Numbered from the stretch's first letter, positions 51,879 to 61,275 are shown. The stretch is 64,000 bases of DNA from Candidatus Latescibacterota bacterium (GCA_965226795.1 CBDDDZ010000005.1:2880001-2944000), one strand, 5' to 3'. The notes: generated from the sequence alone by a model not told the origin. A program made the numbers and translations.

Positions 51879-52667
51879 CTATTCAACGCTGGCGTCGGCC
51901 CGGTACTGTTCGAGATTTCCTCTGTATTCCAGGCCGAGTATTTCCCGGGACCGTGCGACGTTGCAGGTTCTGTCGGCCCCCGGCGTACCCACAATGTGGA
52001 AAATGTCGAAGTCGATGGACTGGGATTCCAGGCTCAGCCGGCAGGCCTCCGCAAGGTCGTGGCGGCACACCCATCCCTGGCGGTAGGGACGCTCATCCGT
52101 ACCCAGTTTTTCCCTGTACCGACCGATGCCGAGTCGGCTGTCAACAATGTAGTCCGGCCGAAGCACGATAATGCGGAGACCGAACGCGTCGTGGTACTGC
52201 CGGCACATTTCTTCCTGAAGGCGTTTGGTGACACCGTAAAGGCCGCCGTCGGGCCGCCTGACGTCGGCCGTGAAAAAGATGCCTTTTGGATGGGCGGTCT
52301 GACAGGAGCCGAGATGCACGATCCTCCCGATGCCGTGCCGCCGGGCAGATTCGAGTACGTTCCAGAGGCCCTTGATATTGATAAGGAAGGGTTTCACGTC
52401 GTCTACCCCGTGGGCGCCGGGAGCGTCCGAGTGGTACACGGCCATGTGCAGAACCGCGTCCATACCCTCCATGGCCCGGTGTACGGCTTCAAAATCCACG
52501 ATATCTCCGTGTACGATGTCACCGCCCGCCCATTCACCGTCGGTGTCTTGCCACGCGCGCCACGCCTGCGGACCGAAATCGAAAGCGCGGATCCGATGGT
52601 TTTCGTCCAAAGCGGCCAACGCGGCCCGTCCGAGCCAGCCGGCCGCGCCGAATACGACAATATTCAT
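51879..52667 (-). CDS. NAD-dependent epimerase/dehydrogenase (uronate dehydrogenase-like)
   Basis: GAAGWLG, GDIVD, YGVTK catalytic motif. Confidence 0.88.
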   Translation of the reverse strand: MNIVVFGAAGWLGRAALAALDENHRIRAFDFGPQAWRAWQDTDGEWAGGDIVHGDIVDFEAVHRAMEGMDAVLHMAVYHSDAPGAHGVDDVKPFLINIKGLWNVLESARRHGIGRIVHLGSCQTAHPKGIFFTADVRRPDGGLYGVTKRLQEEMCRQYHDAFGLRIIVLRPDYIVDSRLGIGRYREKLGTDERPYRQGWVCRHDLAEACRLSLESQSIDFDIFHIVGTPGADRTCNVARSREILGLEYRGNLEQYRADASVE

Positions 52668-52697
52668 CTTCCGGGCTCCTTATGCGAAGAGCAGGTG

Positions 52698-54104
52698 TCA
52701 GAACCTCTCTTTGGCAAGTCCGTACTTCCGGTAAAAATGACGAAACTGATCGTAGCTCAGACTCAGCGATTCGGCCGCCTTGCGCTGGTTCCAGTCTGCG
52801 CGGTTCAGCGCGCTCCTGAGCAGCCCGAGTTCAAAGGCCGTGACCTGAGCGTCGAAACCGTCTCCCGGCGGCGCCGGAGCCCCGCTGGAGATTTCGGGCG
52901 GCAGATCGCAGGGTTCGATGGATGCGCCCGTGGCCATGCAGGCGGCACGTTCGGCGGCGAATTTGAGCTCGCGCACGTTTCCGGGCCACGGGTACCCCAA
53001 CAGGAGGCGGAGGGCGCGTTCCGAAAACGGACGGACCACGAGTCCGGGCACCTCCCGGACGATCTGTTCAACAAAATACAGGGCAAGTGGCTGGATGTCT
53101 TCATTCCGTTCGCGGAGTGGAGGAATGCGAATGATTTCAAAGCGGAGGCGGTCGTAGAGATCCTGACGAAAACGGCCTTCCATGATCTCTCGTTCAAGAT
53201 CGGCATTCGTGGCGGCAATGATCCGGACGTCCACCGTGGTGGGCGTGGCCCCGCCCACGCGTTGAATTTCCTGGTACTCGATGGCGCGCAGGATGTTCTG
53301 CTGGAATTCCGGGGTGGTGTTGCCAATTTCGTCCAATAACAGGGTACCGCCGTTGGCCGCTTCAAACCGGCCGGGGCGGGCTTCCGTGGCTCCGGTAAAG
53401 GCGCCCTTTTCGTGGCCGAAGAGTTCGCTTTCGAGCAAATTGGCGGAGAGGGCGGCGCAGTTGACTTTAACGAAGGGACGATCTCTGCGTACCCCGCCGT
53501 AATGAATCGCGGCGGCCACGAGTTCCTTCCCGGTACCGGGTTCGCCGAGGACCAGTACCGGTCGCGGGATGGAGGCGATGCGCCCGGCCTGCTGCATAAT
53601 CCGCAGCATCTGCGGGCTGGCGTTGACCGTCCTGTATTTTTTCCCGAATTCGTCCCGGTAGTAGCGATTCTCCCGGTCCAGATTCTTTACCTGGGCTTGC
53701 AGCCGGGCATTCTCCCTCAGGACGGCGAGTACGCGGTCGAGTTTTTCCAGGCTGAGTTCAAGCCGGTCCTCAATATAGAAATCTTTTTCGATGAAGTCGG
53801 AGGCGCCCATCCGCAGGGCCGCTACGGCGTTCTCCACGGTGCCCTTGCCCGTGAGGATGATAACCGGCAGATCGGGTACGAGGTGGCGAATTTGCCGGAG
53901 GACTTCCAGACCGTCCGGCTCGGCCGGACCGAAGTCGATATCCAGAATGGCCATGTCAACGACCGAAACGTGCTCTCGCAGGTATGCAAAGGCCTTTCTT
54001 CCCGTCGGGAAAGCCCTCACGATCCGGCCATCCACCTGGAGGCTTCGCGTGAGCATGCCCAGTATTTCGGGCTGGTCATCGGCGATAACGATTTGAGCAT
54101 TCAT
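52698..54104 (-). CDS. Sigma54 enhancer-binding protein of the PspF clade with an N-terminal receiver domain
   Basis: REC residues (ADD, LDID, TG, K); [14 protein letters not shown]; PspF-type IEY, DRL.F and NQRKAAE.L.LSY.QFR...KY signatures. Confidence 0.9.
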   Translation of the reverse strand: MNAQIVIADDQPEILGMLTRSLQVDGRIVRAFPTGRKAFAYLREHVSVVDMAILDIDFGPAEPDGLEVLRQIRHLVPDLPVIILTGKGTVENAVAALRMGASDFIEKDFYIEDRLELSLEKLDRVLAVLRENARLQAQVKNLDRENRYYRDEFGKKYRTVNASPQMLRIMQQAGRIASIPRPVLVLGEPGTGKELVAAAIHYGGVRRDRPFVKVNCAALSANLLESELFGHEKGAFTGATEARPGRFEAANGGTLLLDEIGNTTPEFQQNILRAIEYQEIQRVGGATPTTVDVRIIAATNADLEREIMEGRFRQDLYDRLRFEIIRIPPLRERNEDIQPLALYFVEQIVREVPGLVVRPFSERALRLLLGYPWPGNVRELKFAAERAACMATGASIEPCDLPPEISSGAPAPPGDGFDAQVTAFELGLLRSALNRADWNQRKAAESLSLSYDQFRHFYRKYGLAKERF

Positions 54105-54107
54105 GGG

Positions 54108-55736
54108 TTACTCAAGGAATTCTTCGGCCAGGGGCAGCCGCGCGGCCGATATCGGATCGCCGCTCCAGCCGATACTTTCCGTACCGGAGACGAGTTCGAA
54201 GTCCACCGGAAGATCGATGCGGAACACGGCGCCTGCGCCCGGGCGGCTGATCATGCGCAGGCTTCCTCTGTGGGCGGACACAATGCGGGAACAGATGCTG
54301 AGGCCGAAGCCATTGCCCTTTTCCTTGGTGGAAAACCCTGGATCGAAGATTCTGGACTGGATCTCTTCGGAAATGCCGGGTCCATTGTCTTCCACTTCAA
54401 TGAAAACCGACGCCCGCTTATTGTCGTAGCCGGCCTGTACTGTGACCGCTCCGTCTTCATCTACGGCGTCCAGTGCGTTGAGAATCAGGTTGGTGACGGC
54501 TTCTCGCAGCATGCCGGGATCGACCTTGACCTGGGGAACCTGGGGCTCAGATACGTAGCGGAGCGCCGCGCCGCCGGTTCGGGTCGAGACGGCTTCTTTG
54601 ATTTTCCCCACCAGTTGCGGAATATCCACCAAAGAGGGATTCAACGGATCCTGTTTCATGCTGCGCAGGTAGGCCACCCATTGGTCGTAGATGTGTTCCT
54701 GGTCGCGGGCGAGATTTCTCAGGTCGGCGAGAACAGTGTCTTCCGGCGGCGCCCTTCGAATGAGCCGGCGCGTACGGCTCCCTACCAGACCCATCAGGTT
54801 CTTGATCTGGTGACCCCGCGTATACAGGCTCTCTCCCACCTGCACGCGACCCAGGTCGATGAGCTCGAGGGATAAACGCGACAGGACCGAGGCTGCTTTG
54901 CCGCCGAATTCTTCAATGATGGATGTGTACTCCTGTTCCATCTGAGCCGAACTTCTGTGATCGAAAAGAAGGTTCGCCAGGTTTCTGTAGGGTAGCGCAT
55001 AGTCCGGCTCGAGCTGGATCGCTATCTTGAATGCGCCCAGAGCCTGGAGGGTCTGACCCGTCTGCATGAGCAGAACGCCAAGGTTGTTGTGGCCCGGGGC
55101 GAACAGCGGATTCGCTTCCAGCCCGCGACGGTAGACCATGATGGCTTCATCGATGTTTTCCGGAAGGTCGTCCAGAAAGCTGGCGAGCAGGAAGCAGGCG
55201 CCGTCCACATTGGCGAAGGGCACGCCCCGGTCCACGGCCCCGAGAATATAGCGAAGCGCTTCAACCGCCTGTTGCCGGCCATTCGACCCCGATTCCGCAC
55301 CTTCGGCCTGCAAAATCGCCAATTGAAACTGCGCCTCCAGATGGTCCGGATCACGTTCGGTGGCGGCTTTAAAGGCCTTGAGAGCTCCTCCGGCGCCCCC
55401 TTTGAGCCGGCAGAGTCCCATCTTGTAAAACAGGTCCGCACCGTGATCCGGCGCAAGATCGAGGCAGCGCGTAAAGCAGGTCAGTGCGTTCCGCCAGTTG
55501 CCTTGCCTGCAGTACACAACACCCAGATTGTGGCGTGCTCGAATATTCTGAGTATCGGTGGACAATGCCGCCCGGTAGGCGGCTTCGGCCATTTCCAGCC
55601 TGCCTGTTTCCAGCGCAGCGTCCCCTTCCCGACAGTGTCGGCGCGCAGTGGGGTTTCCGGATTCAGGCAGGGCGTACGCGATAGCGATGCGCTCGGCGGG
55701 AGCAGGCGCGTTGTCGGTCACGGTTGGATTATGCAA
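54108..55736 (-). CDS. Soluble TPR-containing histidine kinase
   Basis: Several TPRs; H-box GHQIKNL; NLILNALDA, DNGPG, FDPGFSTK, GNGFGL. No TM helix is visible. Confidence 0.9.
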   Translation of the reverse strand: MHNPTVTDNAPAPAERIAIAYALPESGNPTARRHCREGDAALETGRLEMAEAAYRAALSTDTQNIRARHNLGVVYCRQGNWRNALTCFTRCLDLAPDHGADLFYKMGLCRLKGGAGGALKAFKAATERDPDHLEAQFQLAILQAEGAESGSNGRQQAVEALRYILGAVDRGVPFANVDGACFLLASFLDDLPENIDEAIMVYRRGLEANPLFAPGHNNLGVLLMQTGQTLQALGAFKIAIQLEPDYALPYRNLANLLFDHRSSAQMEQEYTSIIEEFGGKAASVLSRLSLELIDLGRVQVGESLYTRGHQIKNLMGLVGSRTRRLIRRAPPEDTVLADLRNLARDQEHIYDQWVAYLRSMKQDPLNPSLVDIPQLVGKIKEAVSTRTGGAALRYVSEPQVPQVKVDPGMLREAVTNLILNALDAVDEDGAVTVQAGYDNKRASVFIEVEDNGPGISEEIQSRIFDPGFSTKEKGNGFGLSICSRIVSAHRGSLRMISRPGAGAVFRIDLPVDFELVSGTESIGWSGDPISAARLPLAEEFLE

Positions 55737-55761
55737 TCGGAGACTCCTGGTTGAAGCCGAT

Positions 55762-57276
55762 CTATTCCGAAGATGTCTTCGGTCTTTCCGAAGGGTCGCC
55801 TGTCGGATTGTTCTCGCCTGTCATTCTACCCAGGAATTCCGGTAGTTCGAGGCCCGCCAGTTTTGCCAATTCATGCATCGGCGGAATGGCGCCCATCAGG
55901 CGCTGGCCGAGATTGGACATACCTCCCTGTCCGTTGCCGCCGTCCCAGACCACGATTTTATCAAGGGGCAGATTCTTTATGGCTTCGGCCTGGATGCCTG
56001 CGACCTCGGTCAGCCGTTCCACGATGAGGAAGGCTGCGGCGGCCTGGTCGTTTCCTCCGCATGCCGCCATCAACTCCTTGTAGCCCTCCGCCTTGGCCTC
56101 CAGGATGGCCTGAGTGCCCTCGGCTTCGGCTCGCTTCTGTGCCAAAATGGCAGCAGCCTTCCCCTGCGCCACAAGTGTCCTCTGCTCCTTCTCGGCCTGT
56201 GCCTGTACCACCAGCTTTTGCTTTTGCGCATCGGCCTGTACGACGATTTCCGCTCTCAGTCGAGCTTCTTCGCGCAGCGCGCGGGCATCCTCGGCATCTT
56301 TTTCCGCACGTTCCTGGGCAACCCGTATAGCGCCGTCCGCAGCCTTCGCGGCCTCCTGCCCCTTCTGCCGGGCGATCTCTTCGGCCACTTTCTGCTGCGC
56401 CATATAGCCGGCCTTTTTGGATTCGGCCTCGGCCTCCGCATGGACCGCTTCCGCATCCAGAGAAGAGACCATCTGGCGTCTGTTTCTTGCGGCCTCGGTC
56501 TCGCCGATTTCGGCTTCGGATTCGAGAGCGGCAACCCTTTGGCGCCGGTCCCTGGCGGCTTCGGCCTCGCCGATTTCGGCGGCCGCGTTCGCAGCAGCCA
56601 CGTCCGTGCGCTGGTCCCGTTCCCGTTCCGCCACCCCCACCTTGCCCATTTTCTCCTGCTCGGCCACGTCGACGGTCGCCTGGTTGATAGCTTCGGCCGC
56701 GGCCTTTTGCCCGAGAGCCTTGATATAACCGCTTTCGTCTTCAATATCCTTGATGTTCACGTTAATCACGGCCAGGCCGATTTTCTCCATTTCGGTGGAG
56801 ACTGCTTCATTGACCTTGAACATAAAAGCCTGCCGGTCCCGGTTGATTTCTTCGATTTCCATAGTGGCTATCACCGCCCGCATCTGACCGAGGATGATGT
56901 CCTGCGCCTGACTCTGGATCTGTTCGCGAGAAAGACCCAGGAGACGAACTGCCGCATTTTGCATCACGCCCGCCTGATTTGACACCGCCGCGGTGACGGT
57001 TGTCGGAACGGACACACGGATGTTCTCCTGCGAAAGGGCGTTGTCCAGGTCTATGGGAACGACAAACGGCTCCAGGTCCAGATACTCATAGTCCTGCAGG
57101 AGCGGAAGAACGAAGGCAGCGCCCCCGTGAATGCATTTCGCCGCCCCCTGTCCGGTCTTGCCGTAGACGACCAGTATTTTGTTGGATGGACACCGCCTGT
57201 ACCTGGAAATAAACGTCACGAAGAGCAGAAATACCACTAACAGCATTATAATTGTCAGTATCGTCTCAGTTGCCAT
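55762..57276 (-). CDS. Flotillin family (SPFH) protein
   Basis: N-terminal TM helix, YRRCPSNKILVVYG, GGAAFVLP, an AEA-rich coiled coil, DKIVVWD. Confidence 0.93.
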   Translation of the reverse strand: MATETILTIIMLLVVFLLFVTFISRYRRCPSNKILVVYGKTGQGAAKCIHGGAAFVLPLLQDYEYLDLEPFVVPIDLDNALSQENIRVSVPTTVTAAVSNQAGVMQNAAVRLLGLSREQIQSQAQDIILGQMRAVIATMEIEEINRDRQAFMFKVNEAVSTEMEKIGLAVINVNIKDIEDESGYIKALGQKAAAEAINQATVDVAEQEKMGKVGVAERERDQRTDVAAANAAAEIGEAEAARDRRQRVAALESEAEIGETEAARNRRQMVSSLDAEAVHAEAEAESKKAGYMAQQKVAEEIARQKGQEAAKAADGAIRVAQERAEKDAEDARALREEARLRAEIVVQADAQKQKLVVQAQAEKEQRTLVAQGKAAAILAQKRAEAEGTQAILEAKAEGYKELMAACGGNDQAAAAFLIVERLTEVAGIQAEAIKNLPLDKIVVWDGGNGQGGMSNLGQRLMGAIPPMHELAKLAGLELPEFLGRMTGENNPTGDPSERPKTSSE

Positions 57277-57430
57277 TGCTAATCCCTCCTCCATTGGATA
57301 TTTTCAACTTTGATTGAGATCTATCCCGGAGCGAATCCGGTGCGGGTTGAAACCCCTACCTGTCTCATCCATCGGCGCAATCAGACAGTTGGGAAATCCA
57401 GGAAACATAGACATTTAAAACAAAATCCAC

Positions 57431-58039
57431 TCAGGACACCAACGGCTCGACCTCAAGCGTGGTTGGATCGAGCACACGTAGAATGCGGACCGGCGTATTG
57501 GCCGAGATGGGCATGCCATTTTTTCCGCGGGCAGATACGTAGGCGACGGTTCCGCTCTCCATCACCCGGACCTGTCCGGTGCCGCCTTCCAGGATATCCA
57601 GATATACCTCGCCCGACGTACCAACGCATGTATCCAGGCTGGCGTTTCCAGTCTCTGTAAGCTGCCGGATTCCGTGGAAAAAATAGGCCACAACCGCCAT
57701 GCCTGCACTGCCCCAGACAAGCGCGTAAAGTAGGGCGGTCTGAATATCCAACCCTCTCTCGAGATACAGGGCGCCCGCCCACCCGAACAGCATGCCAAAG
57801 GCGATCAGGCACCTGACAGATAGCAGTTTGAAAGAAGCAACCGTACCGTTTTCCAGTCCGTCGTTAAATTCCGGGCCGGCGTCGCCGAGGTTTGTGTCTC
57901 CAGAAACGCCTGCATCCGAACTGTCTCCAAGACCAAGTACAACCACCAGGAGTTGCCAGACGAAAAACGCACTGAAAAAAATCGCCACGATGTAGAAAAT
58001 CTGGTTGAGCGTGGTCAGATCCGTCCACCAGGCATCCAT
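57431..58039 (-). CDS. NfeD-like membrane protein (OB-fold C-terminus), partner of the flotillin
   Basis: Three TM segments, FKLLSVR..IAF...FGWAG, VGTSGEVYLDI...GQVRV. Confidence 0.88.
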   Translation of the reverse strand: MDAWWTDLTTLNQIFYIVAIFFSAFFVWQLLVVVLGLGDSSDAGVSGDTNLGDAGPEFNDGLENGTVASFKLLSVRCLIAFGMLFGWAGALYLERGLDIQTALLYALVWGSAGMAVVAYFFHGIRQLTETGNASLDTCVGTSGEVYLDILEGGTGQVRVMESGTVAYVSARGKNGMPISANTPVRILRVLDPTTLEVEPLVS

Positions 58040-58311
58040 ATTTCGTTCCCTTCGCCGGGTCGCTGGGTCTCTGACATCGAATACGTAAAAATGTGCAGGA
58101 TTTCAGAGGTTCTGGGGCCAGTAACGCACCCCTCAAGAATGTGACATAGAACGCCAACGGAGTCAACAATAAACCCAGTGGGTTTCCGGCGGCGTTTGCA
58201 GCTGCCGAATCCTCTGTTCCCGTCAAACCCCTCTGGCACGGGGAGGCGGCATCAATTACGACGATTTCCCGGCCCTGAAATCTGCTTGTCCGCGACCTGC
58301 GGCAAGCTGTC

Positions 58312-58887
58312 TCAGAAAGGGACCAACCCGTGCTTCCTGAATTCGCCCTTCAATTGATATCTTCCACGGTTGAGCCAGGTCTTGACCGTACCCATCGGAA
58401 GTTGCAACTCCCGTGTAATCTCCTCGTATGACCAGTCCCTGACATAACGCATCCAGACGACTTTGCGATACCTGGCCGGCAATGCGCGAATACTCTTCCT
58501 GACAAGCTCGCGGTGCTGGCTTCGCTGGGCCGAAATTTCCGGATTTTCGCCGGTAGCGGGCACGCGCGTGGCTTCTACAAGCGCCGCGGGGTCTTCGGTT
58601 ACTTTTATCCACCGCCGGCGCACCTGTTGTTTGCGGTAGTGGGATTTATGTACGTTCAGCGCGATTTGCGTAAGCCAGGTGGCAAACGCGGCCTCTCCCC
58701 GATAGGAGCCCAGGGCGGTATATGCCCTCAAAAAGGCGGTTTGCACCAGATCCTGTGCGGTTTCAGGATCGCTGGTTCTACGCATCATCGTGGCGTAGAT
58801 CTGTTCATGGCAGGCCTTGTAGAGAACACCGAAGGCAGCGGCGTCACCTTCGATTGCCCTCCGGACCAGATGCCGTTCGTTTTCCAT
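58312..58887 (-). CDS. ECF RNA polymerase sigma factor
   Basis: GDAAAFGVL, AQDLVQTAF, FATWLTQIA.N, SYEEI..L.LPMGTVKT.L.RGR. Confidence 0.94.
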   Translation of the reverse strand: MENERHLVRRAIEGDAAAFGVLYKACHEQIYATMMRRTSDPETAQDLVQTAFLRAYTALGSYRGEAAFATWLTQIALNVHKSHYRKQQVRRRWIKVTEDPAALVEATRVPATGENPEISAQRSQHRELVRKSIRALPARYRKVVWMRYVRDWSYEEITRELQLPMGTVKTWLNRGRYQLKGEFRKHGLVPF

Positions 58888-58918
58888 TAATAGGATATCC
58901 TCTCGAAAGGATGGTCAT

Positions 58919-59095
58919 TTACCTGGAGTCACTCGAAAGCAGTCGATAACCCACGTAAATCAGGACGAACGAAACCAGCAGTTTCAGGAGCAAAAACAGG
59001 ACTTCCAGGGACACGCCGATCAGCTTGATCGCTTCGAAAATACCGAAGTATGCGCCGATGGCGATAAGGATGATGCCGAGGATTTTCGCGAGCAT
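58919..59095 (-). CDS. 58-aa two-TM small membrane protein (LiaI/PspG-like); missing from the ORF track
   Basis: AAAGGA RBS, then MLAKILGIILIAIGAYFGIFEAIKLIGVSLEVLFLLLKLLVSFVLIYVGYRLLSSDSR*. Confidence 0.75.
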   Translation of the reverse strand: MLAKILGIILIAIGAYFGIFEAIKLIGVSLEVLFLLLKLLVSFVLIYVGYRLLSSDSR

Positions 59096-59253
59096 TGCTC
59101 TGTCCTTTCTCTCTTGCGGTGTTGTATTGAATGAAGGTCCCGGACCAGGTTCGAACGCGAGTCACGGAGGGCTTCGAGATCGTTCAGGCGCTGGTCCACG
59201 GTGTCCAGCCGCGTGTCGAGAATCAAGCGAAGGATTTCCCACGCAGTGAAGTC

Positions 59254-59628
59254 TCAAGCCACCTTTTTAACATTTCCGTGGTCTGCGTCCGGCGTAAGGG
59301 TTCCCACGTCTGCTGTTTTGAAAATACCGGACAGTCTCGTCGTTCTCAGAATCCTCTCGAGCCGCCCGGAAACGCCGCTCAGCTTCAGGTCGCCTCCCGC
59401 GTCTCTAATGGACGTCAGACCCCTGATCAACTCCCCCAGCATGGCGGCGCCGACACGGTTCGCCTTTGAAAGGTCCACCACCACCATGCCAGCGCCTCGC
59501 TTGACAAGTCTGGCAATTCTGCGCCGAAACGGCGCACCTTCCGACTCGGCGATGAGGTCGCCACCTACGGTGACAATGACCACACCATCCCGAGTGCTTT
59601 CGCTGAGGTGAAGACGATTTGCGTACAT
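59254..59628 (-). CDS. STAS-domain anti-sigma-antagonist-like protein
   Basis: VVIVTVGGDL, VVVDLS, GGDLKLSGVS..LERIL..TRL. The usual D-S-S/A-G phosphosite reads GAAM here. Confidence 0.85.
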   Translation of the reverse strand: MYANRLHLSESTRDGVVIVTVGGDLIAESEGAPFRRRIARLVKRGAGMVVVDLSKANRVGAAMLGELIRGLTSIRDAGGDLKLSGVSGRLERILRTTRLSGIFKTADVGTLTPDADHGNVKKVA

Positions 59629-59721
59629 GGTTCAATGCCCCGCGTTACTGTGTAGGTTTGATCTAGGTGCCGTTGCCCGAACCTGTTTCTCTTGGAGCCA
59701 AAGTGACCGCGCCGTCGCCGA

Positions 59722-59937
59722 TCATGAGGTCCCTCGCGAGCCCGGCCGATTCAGCTTTTCGTCGATCGCGATCATGATTTCCTGGATATCCGTCAGTCGC
59801 CGGTCGAGGTCGTCCAGCCGGGCATTCAGGCGCCCTTCGACCTTGCCGGGCAGGACGCCTTTGGTTTGTCGATCTACATATTTAAGGACCGCCGTCGCGA
59901 GAACAATTAGCGCAATGCCAACACCGAATTCAAACAT
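59722..59937 (-). CDS. Small single-TM coiled-coil protein, PspB-like
   Basis: GGAGG RBS; N-terminal TM helix followed by RLDDLDRRLTDIQEIM. Confidence 0.65.
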   Translation of the reverse strand: MFEFGVGIALIVLATAVLKYVDRQTKGVLPGKVEGRLNARLDDLDRRLTDIQEIMIAIDEKLNRPGSRGTS

Positions 59938-59963
59938 GACATCCCTCCATCAAATTCAAGATA

Positions 59964-60605
59964 TCAAAGGTCATCCACCGGTTTTGCCCGGTATTTCTCG
60001 GCCCCGCGTTCAATTTCAGGAAAGTGATAGACAACCAGACCGGACTCGGAAACGCGAACTTCGGTGCTGCCGCCGACGGCCAACGCGCCGAGGATCTCGG
60101 CGGCTCTTTCGACGGTCATCCTGCCGTCGGTAGCGGCCTCCAGAACGGTGAGGCTTCCGCCTTTCTCCCGTGCGAGTCTGAGCAACCGATGTTGGTATTG
60201 CGCGTACCGTTTGCGCTCGGCCGCCGTGTGGACCCTGCACCCGGCCAGCCAGAAGACCAGCGCGATGGCGACAACGACAAGCCCCATGCTGAAATCAAGC
60301 GCGTCGAGGCGGAAGCCGGACGGCTGGAAACCGGAGAAAACGGGCCCCATCAGGCCGCCGAGTCCAAACAGAATCGCTGTGGATTTTAGAACGAACGCGA
60401 GGGCGTATCGCATGGCGCAGCTCCCGTCAGTGGCCAGATCGGAGAATCGGAAAGACAGGCGACGCGATCGTGGGTGCCGAACCGTTCGCGGCTCTTGCCG
60501 CATGGGTCGGGTTTTCCGGACGTCGCGCCAGGCCTTTTTTGTGTCGCGCATCGCCTTTTCAATTTCGTAAGCGATTTCGTCCAGGATTTTTCGCAATTCA
60601 TGCAT
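59964..60605 (-). CDS. Two-TM membrane protein with a C-terminal winged-helix-like domain
   Basis: Overlaps the pspA stop by 8 nt; LLRLAREKGGSLTVLEAA...AAEILGAL...VRVSESGLVVYHFP. Confidence 0.75.
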   Translation of the reverse strand: MHELRKILDEIAYEIEKAMRDTKKAWRDVRKTRPMRQEPRTVRHPRSRRLSFRFSDLATDGSCAMRYALAFVLKSTAILFGLGGLMGPVFSGFQPSGFRLDALDFSMGLVVVAIALVFWLAGCRVHTAAERKRYAQYQHRLLRLAREKGGSLTVLEAATDGRMTVERAAEILGALAVGGSTEVRVSESGLVVYHFPEIERGAEKYRAKPVDDL

Positions 60606-61275
60606 CGGATTTGCGGAGTTTGTCTTTCAAAGCCTCAAGTTCCTCTTCCACGGTGTTCCGGCGTTCCAGTTTTTCGAACGAGCCTTCGAGCGAGGCATCC
60701 TCGCCTGCGATTTCGGCGTGAGCGGAAGCCTCGGCTTCTTCGTTTTCAACCCGGCTGCGAAAGCGTTCGAAGCTGGAAAATGCGTCGTCGCCGATGCCCG
60801 AAAGGCCCTGGGCGATCTGCTTTCGGGCCTGGGCGGCTCGGTGCCGCGCGATAAGGGCCACCTGGCGGGTGCGTGCTTCGTCCAGTTTGGACTTTAGCTG
60901 CGTCAGCTGTTTCTTGAGTTGGTCGGAGGTCTTGTGGCTTTCGTCGAAAGCGACTTCCAGGTCGCGGGCGGCCTTTTCGAGGGTGGCCTTTCGTTCCAGC
61001 GCGCGCCGGGCGAGGTCGTCCTCGCCGTTTTCCACGGCCAGTTCGGCCTTTTTCTGCCAGGCTTCGATCTGGTCCGTTTTTTCCAGAAATTGACGCTCCA
61101 GGCGTTTTTCGTTCGCAACGGCGGTCCCGACGGAAGCAGTCGCCTTGTTGACGGCGTCTTCCATTTCGAGAATCATCTGCCGAATCATCTTTTCCGGATC
61201 TTCGGCGCGATTCAGAATGTCGTTGATGTTGGCCTTGATAATGTCCGCCATTCTGGAGAAAATCCCCTTAGCCAT
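60598..61275 (-). CDS. pspA: PspA/IM30 (Vipp1) family protein
   Basis: GIFSRMADIIKANIN..L.RAEDPEKM, AELAV..GEDDLARRAL, VEEELEALK. Confidence 0.96.
   Translation of the reverse strand: MAKGIFSRMADIIKANINDILNRAEDPEKMIRQMILEMEDAVNKATASVGTAVANEKRLERQFLEKTDQIEAWQKKAELAVENGEDDLARRALERKATLEKAARDLEVAFDESHKTSDQLKKQLTQLKSKLDEARTRQVALIARHRAAQARKQIAQGLSGIGDDAFSSFERFRSRVENEEAEASAHAEIAGEDASLEGSFEKLERRNTVEEELEALKDKLRKSDA

Noticed and set aside
25500..54875. Long antisense ORFs (e.g. 25500-27137, 38576-40189, 51789-53339, 53412-54875)
   Set aside because: They are shadow frames of well-supported genes in GC-rich DNA and contain no recognisable motifs.
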